Shown in pieces: positions 53,838 to 63,201 of a stretch of 64,000 bases of DNA (its first letter is position 1; every line of letters starts with the position of its first letter). Location: the IMG/VR virus record IMGVR_UViG_3300035703_000076, positions 4,947 to 68,946 of that record. One strand, given 5' to 3'. This DNA comes from a virus. The notes beneath the pieces are model-generated. The model was not told the DNA's origin, did no database searches, and worked only from the letters and a program-made list of their open reading frames with translations. Position numbers and translations under genes: made by a program.

Positions 53838-54614
53838 ATGTGTAACTGCAAATCAAATAATTGCACTTGTTGCAACGGAATATTAAGAGGCCCACAAGGC
53901 CCTGCTGGCGTACAAGGGCCACAAGGTGTTGCTGGAACAAATGGAACGAACGGGACAAATGGCACGAATGGAACGAACGGGACAAATGGTCAAGACGGTG
54001 TTGCCGTTATTGATAGTTTGAGTTATACTGAAAACCAACAAACGAATGTTTCAGGCGGATATGCTGATTCGGGTTTTCAAAATGTGTCTGCTCCAGGCTC
54101 TATTTCTAATATACAAATAAGAACGGGTTCTGTTAACGACCTTTGGTTTAGAAACGAAGATGATGCTATTCAATTTCAAATGGTATTATCAAACACCAAC
54201 ACAGGCGGAAGGATTATGCAAGCTGTTGGGGTTGCCTTTAACGACCAAGGAAATTTAGGAGGTGCTGTTTACGCTGCTCCTTTTCAAGGTTTTACAAAGG
54301 GTAATTCAGAGCCAAGTTCTAATATTCTTTTGCATATTGAAGGAACAATAACTCGCATAACAAATACAACATTTAGAAGCCATTCTAAGTATTTTATAAC
54401 TCAACCAAATATTGCCTCTGTTCCTTTTACAGGTTTTTCTACTGGCGTATTTGAAGACCCCGCAGGGAGGCTTTCTGAATCTGTTTATGACATAACTTAT
54501 TCAACTGATTTTGATAACGTAAACGGTTTATATTTAATTCCATTTATACAAAATGAATTTGCCAACGATTGGGGGTTAATTTTCTTTACCGCTTGGGGTC
54601 TTAAAAAAGTATAA
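53838..54614 (+). CDS. collagen-like fibre protein
   Basis: N-terminal Cys cluster, G-X-Y repeats including (GTN)x6. Confidence 0.75.
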   Translation: MCNCKSNNCTCCNGILRGPQGPAGVQGPQGVAGTNGTNGTNGTNGTNGTNGQDGVAVIDSLSYTENQQTNVSGGYADSGFQNVSAPGSISNIQIRTGSVNDLWFRNEDDAIQFQMVLSNTNTGGRIMQAVGVAFNDQGNLGGAVYAAPFQGFTKGNSEPSSNILLHIEGTITRITNTTFRSHSKYFITQPNIASVPFTGFSTGVFEDPAGRLSESVYDITYSTDFDNVNGLYLIPFIQNEFANDWGLIFFTAWGLKKV

Positions 54615-54616
54615 CA

Positions 54617-55540
54617 ATGCCAAAAATAATTAACACACAGATATTTACGGTTAACGCAGCAGGCGCAACATTTACCATAAATGATTATGATACATTTGGT
54701 GAATATGTTATTTCGGGTGCTGCTGCCCTTGTAGCAAACAACAGCGTCATATTTGGCGGAACTCCGCTTTTGAATATGAACGTAAAAGTTCGCTACGAAG
54801 CGACTTGCACCAATGCAGGAGGAACTGTAACCATTTTGGGAACTGTTCTTAACAATACCCAAATGGGTCAACCTTGCTTTGCTGATTGCAATTACAATGG
54901 GGCTTCTTGGGATGTTCAAGTGTATGCTGATGCTTCTTCAACAGGATGGATTGTAAGCACCGATTTTAGCCCAGGTTCTGTTAACACGGCAGCTATTGCC
55001 AACAATGCAGTAACTCACGCTAAATATCAAACCATTGCTGACCAAACCTTTTTAGGGAACGTATCAGGTGGTGTTGCAAGTCCCTCCGCTTTAACCGTTG
55101 CTCAAATGCAAACGGCTCTTGGTGTAAATAGTGGGTATGCTACTGTTTATTATGCAAGTATAACAATACCAACGGCAAGTGTTTTGACGTTAAACACAAC
55201 TCCGTTGACGATTGTGGCTGCCCCAGGTGCAGGGTTGGCTATACAAGTTGTTTCTGCAACCGCAAGTATGACCTACAACACAACCGCTTATGCTACAAAT
55301 GGAGTTTTAAGTTTAATCTCTTTAGGTTCTGTAATTAGCCAAGCCGCCTTAACTGCAAATGGTTTTTTGTTTGGAACAGTAACAAGAAATGTGTCTTTTG
55401 AAATAACAAAATCTGCTCTAATTACAGACACTCAAATTGGGGTAAACACACCATTGCTTGTTCAGGTTGATACAGCAGACCCAACGGCAGGAGATAGTGA
55501 TATAACAGTAACCGTACTTTATCGTATATTGCCAATATAA
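54617..55540 (+). CDS. virion fibre/structural protein
   Basis: T/A/V-rich; VNTAAIANNAVT.AK fibre motif. Confidence 0.7.
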   Translation: MPKIINTQIFTVNAAGATFTINDYDTFGEYVISGAAALVANNSVIFGGTPLLNMNVKVRYEATCTNAGGTVTILGTVLNNTQMGQPCFADCNYNGASWDVQVYADASSTGWIVSTDFSPGSVNTAAIANNAVTHAKYQTIADQTFLGNVSGGVASPSALTVAQMQTALGVNSGYATVYYASITIPTASVLTLNTTPLTIVAAPGAGLAIQVVSATASMTYNTTAYATNGVLSLISLGSVISQAALTANGFLFGTVTRNVSFEITKSALITDTQIGVNTPLLVQVDTADPTAGDSDITVTVLYRILPI

Positions 55541-57273
55541 TGTTAACAGCAGCCGACATAAAAAGACAGTCTACCTTAGCTTGGTGTTGCCTTGGTAAAA
55601 GAATGGGCGATTCTTTAGTTATGGAAAAACAAGGTCAAAAGTGTGAAGGAAATATGAGGGAGATTGGCTACGGCTTTCTTTATGTAAATGCAGTAAAGGG
55701 TTATGTTCCCGAAAATGATGTTGTAACGGCCTATTCAAGTGGTTGCCAAATGAATTTTGAAGGCAATCAGTTTATAATCAACAGCTATTTTGATGTAGCA
55801 ACAAATACATTTTACGAAATGTATGATAGTGCAAATGCTGATAGCGTAGGAAGTTGGCTTTATTTTGACGCAACGCAAGTAACATCAAGTTCAGCAGGTG
55901 GTGGAACAGTTTCTTTATCATACACATACGACCCTGTTACAGGTGTTTTAAGCATAGATGGCGGTGCTGATATCTTTCAAGTTACTTATGATAAGTTTTT
56001 TGAAAACATATACCTTACCAATGAAGATGGAAATGTTTTGACATTAGGGTTTTATGGAGAAAAGACATTAAATGGCTGTTCGGAAGTTGTTGTTCTTGCC
56101 GACAAACCTTGTCTTGGGCCAACCGAGGTTCAGTCAATTTTAAACAAGGCAAGCAAGAATTGCGACTGCAACTGCGAGGATTATGTTAACTCTGAACCAA
56201 CAAGCAAAAGAGGCGAATCGCTTTATTTAAGTGATGCTGAATTTAATTGCATTGATGGGGTTGTTTATATGACAATAAACTTTTCATATTCAGGCTCTCC
56301 ATTGCCTAATTCTTTTGGAATTTATGTAAACGGAAACATTGTGTATACATTTTCAGACACAGGGTTAAGTAGCGGAAGTTTTGTTACAACTGTTACAAGC
56401 CCAGAAATTGCGGCATTGGCTCAAAACGCCACTTATGATATAACAATTTACGACAACTACGGAACAACTTCTTCTTGGGCTTCAAACACAATTGAATCAA
56501 TTCCATTGAACACTTGTACCCCTCCCGAAGTTTGTTGTACTGTATGCGACCTTAGTAATGGGCAGTTTTTTGTTTCGGCAATGAACATAAATGGAGATGA
56601 CTACAATTTATTGAATCCTCCACCTGCTCCATTTGACGCATATATGGGAACGTATATAACCTTTGATGGAAGCAATGGCTACACTTGGTCGCCTATAACA
56701 TCCGATGATAGCTATACTTATAGCTTCGATTGCGAATCAAATGTTGCTGTTATGGATACCCCTGCGCTTAGAGAGGTGTTTTATTTAACAATAGATTTCA
56801 ATTGTGCTGCAACAGGCGCAACGGGTTATGCAATAATTGAAGATTCAGAAGGAACCCCATTGCCTGTGATATTCACATTAGAAGTGTCAGAAGAATTTAC
56901 GAAAGATTGTAGCGGGGAATGTTGCAATATAGAAACATTGAATGGTTACACTTTAGATTCTATTGGCAAGTTTTACTATACAGGCCCAGATAGCGGTTCT
57001 TACATAGCCCTGCCTGCTGTTGGGGAGGATGTAATAAAGTTTGTTTTCATCAGCGAATCGTCTGTTGAGGTTTACACTAACGATGTGTTAACGGGAACTT
57101 ACAACTATACTTATACGCCATCAAGCGGATTGTTGTATATCGAATCTCCGCCTGATGATTCCAATGGTTATCTTCAATTAACTTGCGATTGCGGCTTGTT
57201 TATTTACACGGTGTTTATTCCTGATGGTGATGGGTCGTATACAATAGTGAATTATTACTTTCAATCAATATAA
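55540..57273 (+). CDS. acidic Cys-containing structural protein with repeated beta domains
   Basis: 577 aa; repeated Y.Y.Y.P..G.L.I motifs. Confidence 0.65.
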   Translation: MLTAADIKRQSTLAWCCLGKRMGDSLVMEKQGQKCEGNMREIGYGFLYVNAVKGYVPENDVVTAYSSGCQMNFEGNQFIINSYFDVATNTFYEMYDSANADSVGSWLYFDATQVTSSSAGGGTVSLSYTYDPVTGVLSIDGGADIFQVTYDKFFENIYLTNEDGNVLTLGFYGEKTLNGCSEVVVLADKPCLGPTEVQSILNKASKNCDCNCEDYVNSEPTSKRGESLYLSDAEFNCIDGVVYMTINFSYSGSPLPNSFGIYVNGNIVYTFSDTGLSSGSFVTTVTSPEIAALAQNATYDITIYDNYGTTSSWASNTIESIPLNTCTPPEVCCTVCDLSNGQFFVSAMNINGDDYNLLNPPPAPFDAYMGTYITFDGSNGYTWSPITSDDSYTYSFDCESNVAVMDTPALREVFYLTIDFNCAATGATGYAIIEDSEGTPLPVIFTLEVSEEFTKDCSGECCNIETLNGYTLDSIGKFYYTGPDSGSYIALPAVGEDVIKFVFISESSVEVYTNDVLTGTYNYTYTPSSGLLYIESPPDDSNGYLQLTCDCGLFIYTVFIPDGDGSYTIVNYYFQSI

Positions 57274-57276
57274 GCG

Positions 57277-58416
57277 ATGACAAGACAAGAAGAAATAGTT
57301 AAGGGGTTTAATGAAAGTTGGAGTCAATTCGGTATAAACGTATCGAGCAATGTTTCTAACCCTATAAACGGAATTACAGTAAACAATCCAAATGGAGGAA
57401 GGGCTGTTGCTTTAAATTTCATTGACGGAGTTAATGCAACAAAACTAACTGCTGCTCAAATTGCTGCGCTACCAAATCCACAAGCAGGTCAAATTGTATA
57501 TCAAACCGATGGAGTTACAGGTGTTTATGTTTATGATGGTGCTTCTTGGGCTAAAGTAGGAGGCTTGTCTTCTGTAAATGGAACAACCAATCGCATCACG
57601 GTAACAGGTGGAAATACGATTGATATTGCCTCAACTTATGTTGGACAAACTTCAATCACAACACTTGGAACAATCACCACAGGAACTTGGACAGGAATCA
57701 TTGGTCAAGCAACAATGACACTTGGTTCTGATGCAACAGGTGATATTTATTACAGAAATTCGGGTGGAAACTTAACAAGGCTTGGAATCGGTTCTGCGGG
57801 TCAAGTTCTTGGAGTTAGTGCAGGTATTCCTGCTTGGCAAGCTGCGGGTTCAGGGATTACAGTAGGCACTACAACAATTACATCAGGCACATCAGGCCGC
57901 ATTGCATTTAACAATAGCGGCGTGTACGGAGAAAGTGCTGATTTATTTTTTGATTTAACCAATAAACGATTAGGAATAGGAACAAGTTCACCAAGCTACT
58001 TTGTTGATGTTATAAGTCCAGGCAACCAAAGTACACAGGCAAGGTTTAGAAATACCACTACCCAAACCTCAGTAGAAATCTATTCAGGAAGTGGAGTAGT
58101 AATTGTCGGCGGTTATGCTTCTCTTGGTTCGACTATTATGGCTGAAATGTACATTCAATCAAATACGGTTTATTTCACCAAGTCAACGGGTGCAAGAATG
58201 TTTACTTTGAATGATGGTTATATGGCACTTGGCACTAATACATCACCAACGGCAAGAATACATTTACCCGCAGGAACGGCAAGCGCAGGAACTGCTCCTT
58301 TGAAATTAACCGCAGGAACAAACTTAACTACTCCCGAAAGTGGAGCATTTGAATTTGATGGAACTAATCTTTACTTCACCGTTGGTGGAGTTAGAAAAAC
58401 AGTAACTTTAGTATAA
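57277..58416 (+). CDS. tail fibre protein
   Basis: YVGQTSITTLGTITTGTW, GDIYY, RLGIG, GIGT.SP, GAFEFDGTNLYFT motifs. Confidence 0.8.
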   Translation: MTRQEEIVKGFNESWSQFGINVSSNVSNPINGITVNNPNGGRAVALNFIDGVNATKLTAAQIAALPNPQAGQIVYQTDGVTGVYVYDGASWAKVGGLSSVNGTTNRITVTGGNTIDIASTYVGQTSITTLGTITTGTWTGIIGQATMTLGSDATGDIYYRNSGGNLTRLGIGSAGQVLGVSAGIPAWQAAGSGITVGTTTITSGTSGRIAFNNSGVYGESADLFFDLTNKRLGIGTSSPSYFVDVISPGNQSTQARFRNTTTQTSVEIYSGSGVVIVGGYASLGSTIMAEMYIQSNTVYFTKSTGARMFTLNDGYMALGTNTSPTARIHLPAGTASAGTAPLKLTAGTNLTTPESGAFEFDGTNLYFTVGGVRKTVTLV

Positions 58417-58435
58417 ACAATTAAGAATAAATAAA

Positions 58436-58684
58436 ATGCAAGTAGAATTTCTTAAAACAAATGTGGAGGGTTCGCCCAAAATTGACCTTGTAACAGGCGT
58501 AACAACACAAGCGGCTACTATTGTTAGTCAATTTGTTGGAAACCCACACCCTGACAAGTTTCTTCAAACCGATTATCAAGTGTTTGACCTTGACAACAGC
58601 TTGTCTATTGAACAGGCTTTGGCTCAACTTGATGTTCAAGCTGCTCAATGGGTGGACGACACTTACAACACACCTCAACCTTAA
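58436..58684 (+). CDS. small tail-associated protein
   Basis: ORF following a fibre gene. Confidence 0.65.
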   Translation: MQVEFLKTNVEGSPKIDLVTGVTTQAATIVSQFVGNPHPDKFLQTDYQVFDLDNSLSIEQALAQLDVQAAQWVDDTYNTPQP

Positions 58685-58706
58685 TCATAAATAAACAAGA
58701 AAGCAA

Positions 58707-58892
58707 ATGGAAAACAATCAAGAAAGCAACGTGCCTGAGTTTGATATAAACGAATTTGTGGCAAAGAAAGAGCAAGAGTGTACCGAAAAAATAAATGAAG
58801 TCCTAAAAGAATACAACTGCCGTATAAAATCGGAGTTTGTTATTTCCGAATCAGGAATTTCTCCAATTCTTAAAATAGTTTTCATAAAATGA
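58707..58892 (+). CDS. small coiled-coil protein (possible fibre chaperone)
   Basis: ORF. Confidence 0.6.
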   Translation: MENNQESNVPEFDINEFVAKKEQECTEKINEVLKEYNCRIKSEFVISESGISPILKIVFIK

Positions 58893-59650
58893 CAAGGCAA
58901 GAAGAAATATTAAAAGGGATAAATGATTCTTGGTTTAACTTAGGCGTTAATGCAACCTCGAACACATCTTTACTTGTAAATGGGATTACCGCAAATAATC
59001 CAGTTCACGGAAGAAGCGTTGTGTTAAATTTCTCCGAAGGATTGAATGTACCAAAGTTTACCCTTGCTCAAGTTTCTTCTTTTAAAAATGTAACCGATGG
59101 GCAACTTGCGTATATCACCGATGCTACCCCTGCTGGAATTTATGTTTACATAGGTTCGTCTTGGGTTTTAAGCCAAGCGCAATCAAATCCTTTCGGAAAC
59201 TTTTTGGACACCACAACACAAACCGTTGCTATTGATGCCATTGCTGCAATGAAGTTTAATACAACAATTGAATCTTCAAGTGTAAGCATAGTTAATGACA
59301 ATTTAGGCTATCCAACAAGAATAACCTTCGCAACGCCTGGTGTTTACAATATACAATTTTCAGCGCAGTTGTATAGGACAAGTGGAGGCAGTTCAAAAGA
59401 CCTTGTTATTTGGCTTAGAAAAGGCGGAGTAGATGTTCCACAAAGCTCCACAAAAGTAACCCTTCAAGCAGGGGCTAATTACCTTGTAGCTTCTTGGAAC
59501 TTTTTGCAAAGCATTTCTGCCGCAGGCGAATATTATCAAATTATGTGGACGCAAAACGATAATATAGAACTATTATACGAAGCGGCTAATTTAACCATTC
59601 CTTATCCTTCAATTCCGTCCATAATATTAACCGTTAACAAAGTTAACTAA
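58889..59650 (+). CDS. second fibre/spike protein, C1q/TNF-like C-terminus; N-terminus paralogous to 57277
   Basis: MTRQEEI.KG.N.SW shared; GVYNIQFSAQL...IW.R..G.DVP.S motif. Confidence 0.75.
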   Translation: MTRQEEILKGINDSWFNLGVNATSNTSLLVNGITANNPVHGRSVVLNFSEGLNVPKFTLAQVSSFKNVTDGQLAYITDATPAGIYVYIGSSWVLSQAQSNPFGNFLDTTTQTVAIDAIAAMKFNTTIESSSVSIVNDNLGYPTRITFATPGVYNIQFSAQLYRTSGGSSKDLVIWLRKGGVDVPQSSTKVTLQAGANYLVASWNFLQSISAAGEYYQIMWTQNDNIELLYEAANLTIPYPSIPSIILTVNKVN

Positions 59651-59812
59651 AAGTGAACATTGAATCAATATGCTACGTTACTCTGACAATAGCGGCCATT
59701 CTTGCAACTGCAAACAATTACATTCTGTTTCGGGCAAGGCTAAAAAAAATAAGGCAATCAAGACAAATATTAAAAAAGCTTCAAACCCAAAAAAACAAAA
59801 AAAATAAAGAAA

Positions 59813-60031
59813 ATGTACCACTTTGACCCTACTGATTTTTCATCCGAAGACAAGTTGATGTATTTTCCACTTATCGTTAGTGTTGTTTTGAATGTTTTTC
59901 ACATTCTTCAAACGCCAGAGTTTTATCAATCTCTTTTATATGTAATTCAATTTGCTTCTGCGGCAATAAGCTTGTTTTTTGGCTTAAAAAAATTGGTTAA
60001 TTATATTATATTTCTTTTTAAGAAAAAATAA
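59813..60031 (+). CDS. putative holin/membrane protein
   Basis: Two TM segments, basic C-terminus, lysis context. Confidence 0.6.
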   Translation: MYHFDPTDFSSEDKLMYFPLIVSVVLNVFHILQTPEFYQSLLYVIQFASAAISLFFGLKKLVNYIIFLFKKK

Positions 60032-60033
60032 AA

Positions 60034-60309
60034 ATGACAACTTTTAAATTAAAGAACTTTACCAAAAACAACACTCCAAGGTGGGCTGCTCAAATTGGAA
60101 ATTCAGCACTTATAATAGGTGCTTTTTTTGCTTCTGCTGCCGCAACTGCAACTGCTATTGAGAGTTATTTTGAAGTTGTTCCTGCAAGCCTTATTGATAT
60201 ATTAGCTTACTCAAAATTAATAGGTGCTGTTGGTGGTTTGTTTTGTGGTTTTGTAAAAACTATTTCTAAGCTGTTTGGCATTCCATTAAAAGATTTAGAT
60301 TTGCAATGA
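60034..60309 (+). CDS. putative holin/membrane protein
   Basis: TP.W...IG N-terminus, two TM segments. Confidence 0.6.
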   Translation: MTTFKLKNFTKNNTPRWAAQIGNSALIIGAFFASAAATATAIESYFEVVPASLIDILAYSKLIGAVGGLFCGFVKTISKLFGIPLKDLDLQ

Positions 60310-60512
60310 AAGCGGAGGTTGACAAATACGAAGAGTCAAGGGAGTTTCCTTGGGAGATTGTGTTGAGCCAAGCCGTTCCTTTTATTGTGGAACTTTTTTC
60401 AAGAAGAAGGGCTTTAAAGAAACGCATTGAAGACCTTGAAAACCTTATAAAGGTGCAACAGTATCAAATAACAGAATTAAAGGAGCTGATAGAAAATAAA
60501 AAGCGAGATTGA
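60306..60512 (+). CDS. small membrane-associated coiled-coil protein (lysis module)
   Basis: ORF. Confidence 0.55.
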   Translation: MKAEVDKYEESREFPWEIVLSQAVPFIVELFSRRRALKKRIEDLENLIKVQQYQITELKELIENKKRD

Positions 60513-60525
60513 TTACTTTTGTTGC

Positions 60526-60933
60526 ATGAATAAAGCAACGATAACAAGAACGTATAAAAAGGACGTTACATTGGGCGAAATGAGCCTATCAAATTCCAAG
60601 GGTGAAACATTATCACTTAAAACGATTGAACTGCCTTGGAAAGAAAATAAAAGCAGAATTTCTTGCATTCCAAAGGGAACTTATTCAGTAACATTCACCC
60701 CTTCGCCAAGGCTAAAAAAGAAAACTTATAGGGTTGTGAATGTGAAAGGTCGGGATGGGATTTTATTTCACCCAGCGAATTTTTCAAGTCAACTAAAGGG
60801 TTGCATTGCTCCTTGCTTAAATCACGCCGATATTAATAATGACGGAGTTATTGATGGAACTTCAAGCAGAAATGCAACGGAAGCTTTGGAGAAATTCTTC
60901 CAAACAGAAAGTTTTGAGTTGACTATTGAATAA
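60526..60933 (+). CDS. DUF5675-family putative endolysin/peptidase
   Basis: TIELPW..N...ISCIP.G.Y, SPR, V.GR.GIL.H.AN....GCI. Confidence 0.8.
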   Translation: MNKATITRTYKKDVTLGEMSLSNSKGETLSLKTIELPWKENKSRISCIPKGTYSVTFTPSPRLKKKTYRVVNVKGRDGILFHPANFSSQLKGCIAPCLNHADINNDGVIDGTSSRNATEALEKFFQTESFELTIE

Positions 60934-60951
60934 GTTTTTTAACTTTGCGAA

Positions 60952-61039
60952 AAGTATAACCCTGTCGGTTGTTATTGACGTATCCACTTAGACAGGCTGC
61001 CCCTGAAGTTTCTTTGATTACTTTGGGGGTTTCTTTTTT
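60952..61039 (+). ncRNA. candidate sRNA of about 88 nt
   Basis: TAACTTTG box at 60940; stem CCTGTC/GACAGG enclosing GTTGTTATTGAC; terminator 61000-61039; no ORF. Confidence 0.5.
61000..61039 (+). terminator. rho-independent terminator
   Basis: CCCCTGAAGT...ACTTTGGGGG plus T tract. Confidence 0.75.
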
Positions 61040-61122
61040 GTGGAAGGGGTGGAAAAAACAAAAGCCACCGATTAAAGTGGCTCCTGTCCTGTTTACCTAA
61101 TTACCTGTGGCAAAGGTAGGGA

Positions 61123-61413
61123 TTATTTCACTTCAAATTTAACTTTCTTTCCATGTTCAAACATCGTGTTTTGCTTAAACCTACATTTGCCCGATTTTCC
61201 GTTGCAAGGTTGGTATGCAATACAGGATTTTCCGCATGCCTCGTGTTCAAATATTTCCTCTGCTGCCCTACACCAAAAATACTTGTCGTTATTTTCTGGA
61301 ACCGCTTCAAATAGTTCAATTTCGGTCAATCCTTGCTCTTTGGCATCGGTTAAATGATAGTCCAATGTGTAGCACATTTCCGATAGTTCTGTAAGAAAGT
61401 AGTATTTAGGCAT
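61123..61413 (-). CDS. Cys-rich hypothetical phage protein
   Basis: FWC...CG..C..Y.P.NG..G.CR motif. Confidence 0.75.
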   Translation of the reverse strand: MPKYYFLTELSEMCYTLDYHLTDAKEQGLTEIELFEAVPENNDKYFWCRAAEEIFEHEACGKSCIAYQPCNGKSGKCRFKQNTMFEHGKKVKFEVK

Positions 61414-61423
61414 GGTTTATTTG

Positions 61424-61474
61424 ATTTTGTTAGGTATGTGCCATAAAGTGGCTTATGTCTGGTAGTTACCTGCC
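61424..61474 (+). other. attI-like leader/recombination site of cassette array B
   Basis: 34/44 nt identical to 625-668; GTT at 61465. Confidence 0.7.
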
Positions 61475-61738
61475 ATTTTCCCAACGACCGATAACCCAAT
61501 CAGGAACAATTCCATCATTAGTTCTATTGGCTAAATCTTCATCCCAACTGAAATTCACGACTATCTTTTCATCTGAACTCCAATCCCTACCAAAATCTTC
61601 AATAGTCAATTCAGCATCGTATTTCGCCAATAATGCTTTTAACTCGTTTTGGAATTGTTCTACCTTATCCTTACCCGACAAAAAAACGGCAGGTAACACG
61701 GGTTTGGCAAAATTGCCGTTTTGTTCTTCTATTAACAT
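61466..61738 (-). CDS. cassette B1 gene (90 aa)
   Basis: Starts in the hairpin loop; its stop TAA coincides with the GTTA core. Confidence 0.75.
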   Translation of the reverse strand: MLIEEQNGNFAKPVLPAVFLSGKDKVEQFQNELKALLAKYDAELTIEDFGRDWSSDEKIVVNFSWDEDLANRTNDGIVPDWVIGRWENGR

Positions 61739-61819
61739 CAGTTCTTAATTTTAAACATTTGTACTTCTATTTAGCTTTTCGGTTCGGCAACTTCGCCAAA
61801 CCCGATACCGTTAGGCACA
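61688..61819 (+). repeat. attC-like hairpin B1
   Basis: GGCAGGTAAC-A-CGGGTTTGGCAAAATTGCCG / CGGCAACTTCGCCAAACCCG-ATACC-GTT. Confidence 0.85.
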
Positions 61820-62083
61820 ATTAAGCAACATACCTTCGAGTTCAGAAATAACCACAATCCATTGCTCACTTTCAATGTTCATTGCTTCATCCATTTGTCC
61901 TTTATCTGCAAAATCTTTACACAAATTAGCTAAATCAATCGCTGCGATTAAATTGTCTTTATTTGATAACATCCCTGTGTATGGGTTGTGGTCTGATGAT
62001 TTCAACATCAATTCTACTATTTCTTTCGTTTTCATAATTTTAACTGTGCCTAACAGCGTATATGTGCAATACGCTTTCAGCAT
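61811..62083 (-). CDS. cassette B2 gene (90 aa; alternative start 62035)
   Basis: Its stop TAA coincides with the GTTA core. Confidence 0.75.
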   Translation of the reverse strand: MLKAYCTYTLLGTVKIMKTKEIVELMLKSSDHNPYTGMLSNKDNLIAAIDLANLCKDFADKGQMDEAMNIESEQWIVVISELEGMLLNCA

Positions 62084-62143
62084 TTGTTGTTAATAATTAA
62101 GTTTATCGTATGCGTACTGCACATATACGCAAACCCGTTACCT
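62045..62143 (+). repeat. attC-like hairpin B2
   Basis: TGTGCCTAAC-A-GCGTATATGTGCAATACGC / GCGTACTGCACATATACGC-AAACCC-GTT. Confidence 0.85.
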
Positions 62144-62386
62144 AATCTTCACCATCACCCTATCCCCTACTTGCCTTACAAACTGCCCTTTGATGATAAG
62201 GACTGAATCTTTTCCGACCTTACCGAAGTTGTAGCCGATTTGGATTTGATGGTTAATGATTGGCTTTGACTGCGAGTGGTTCTTGGTGGGAAGAGTTCCT
62301 ATCCATAGCAAAATCAAACAGGCAATTGCAATGTAAATGCCTAACAAAAGTTTATAAGAACTATCCATCCTACACCTCCTTTTCAA
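62138..62386 (-). CDS. small membrane-anchored protein (start probably MDSS)
   Basis: N-terminal TM. Confidence 0.65.
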   Translation of the reverse strand: MKRRCRMDSSYKLLLGIYIAIACLILLWIGTLPTKNHSQSKPIINHQIQIGYNFGKVGKDSVLIIKGQFVRQVGDRVMVKIR

Positions 62387-62678
62387 TGATTAACCTTTCA
62401 ATTTGCTTGACCTTCATTTCCCTTATTGTTGGGTTTTCCGAAACTATGGTTTTGAAGTTGCTGGAAAATTGATAATTGGTAAACTCGTTAAAAAAATTAA
62501 CATATTTTTCAATGGCTCTAAATCCAGCTTGAAGCATATCATTTTCTGTTTGCTCAATTGCAATTTCTGCATCAATACCTTCCAGCCTATCCCTTTCAAT
62601 CTTCGCAACCTTCAATATCTGGTCATAGTGGCAAGGTTGGCAGCGTACTTGGATGCGTTTGGTTCTTGTTTGCTTCAT
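62370..62678 (-). CDS. hypothetical protein, paralogue of 18962-19285, RHH-like N-terminus
   Basis: Shared C-terminal domain. Confidence 0.7.
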   Translation of the reverse strand: MKQTRTKRIQVRCQPCHYDQILKVAKIERDRLEGIDAEIAIEQTENDMLQAGFRAIEKYVNFFNEFTNYQFSSNFKTIVSENPTIREMKVKQIERLIIEKEV

Positions 62679-63199
62679 GCTTTGTCCTCCTTCAAAGTTA
62701 CTTGAACACCTTTAACCTCCGATGCAATGGTAAGTAGTTCGGATATGGTAAGTTGCTCGGTTCTGATTGGTTTTGCGGTCGTGTGGATAGAAAATCCTGT
62801 CAATGCTGATGGATTTTTTGCAATAAAATAATCCTTTCCATCGTCATTGAATTTAGCAACAACGATTCTTTTGGTAAATATATCAGCATCCCATACTTTC
62901 ACCTCCATTTCGCAAGGAAATTCAACATCTTCCTCCAAGCCAAGTTCGGCATCGGTTGGGATGTGGTCAAAGATTTGGCATTGCAATTTTTCTGCAAGGT
63001 TTCTATTTAAACAGGAAAAGATATGATTAGCTATACCATAATACCTAAAATCTTTAAGTGCCTCTTTAGTGTTTATGTAGTCAAATCCAATATACTGCTG
63101 AATCAATCCTTTTTCGTTCATTTTTTCCCAAAACCTTTTCAGTTCAACCGCAAACTCTGGCGATTGATTCTCGATTACGACGTTGTTGATTTTTTTCAT
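62675..63199 (-). CDS. hypothetical protein
   Basis: ORF, operon packing. Confidence 0.7.
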   Translation of the reverse strand: MKKINNVVIENQSPEFAVELKRFWEKMNEKGLIQQYIGFDYINTKEALKDFRYYGIANHIFSCLNRNLAEKLQCQIFDHIPTDAELGLEEDVEFPCEMEVKVWDADIFTKRIVVAKFNDDGKDYFIAKNPSALTGFSIHTTAKPIRTEQLTISELLTIASEVKGVQVTLKEDKA

Positions 63200-63201
63200 G
63201 G

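Larger units (their letters stand above)
61466..62137 (+). mobile_element. integron-like gene cassette array B (cassettes 61466-61810, 61811-62137)
   Basis: GTTACCTGCC...GGCAGGTAAC+hairpin; GTTAGGCACA...TGTGCCTAAC+hairpin. Confidence 0.8.

Noticed and set aside
53932-53990. 9-bp-period repeat as a regulatory or mobile repeat
   Set aside because: It encodes the (GTN)n collagen-like segment, with synonymous variation.
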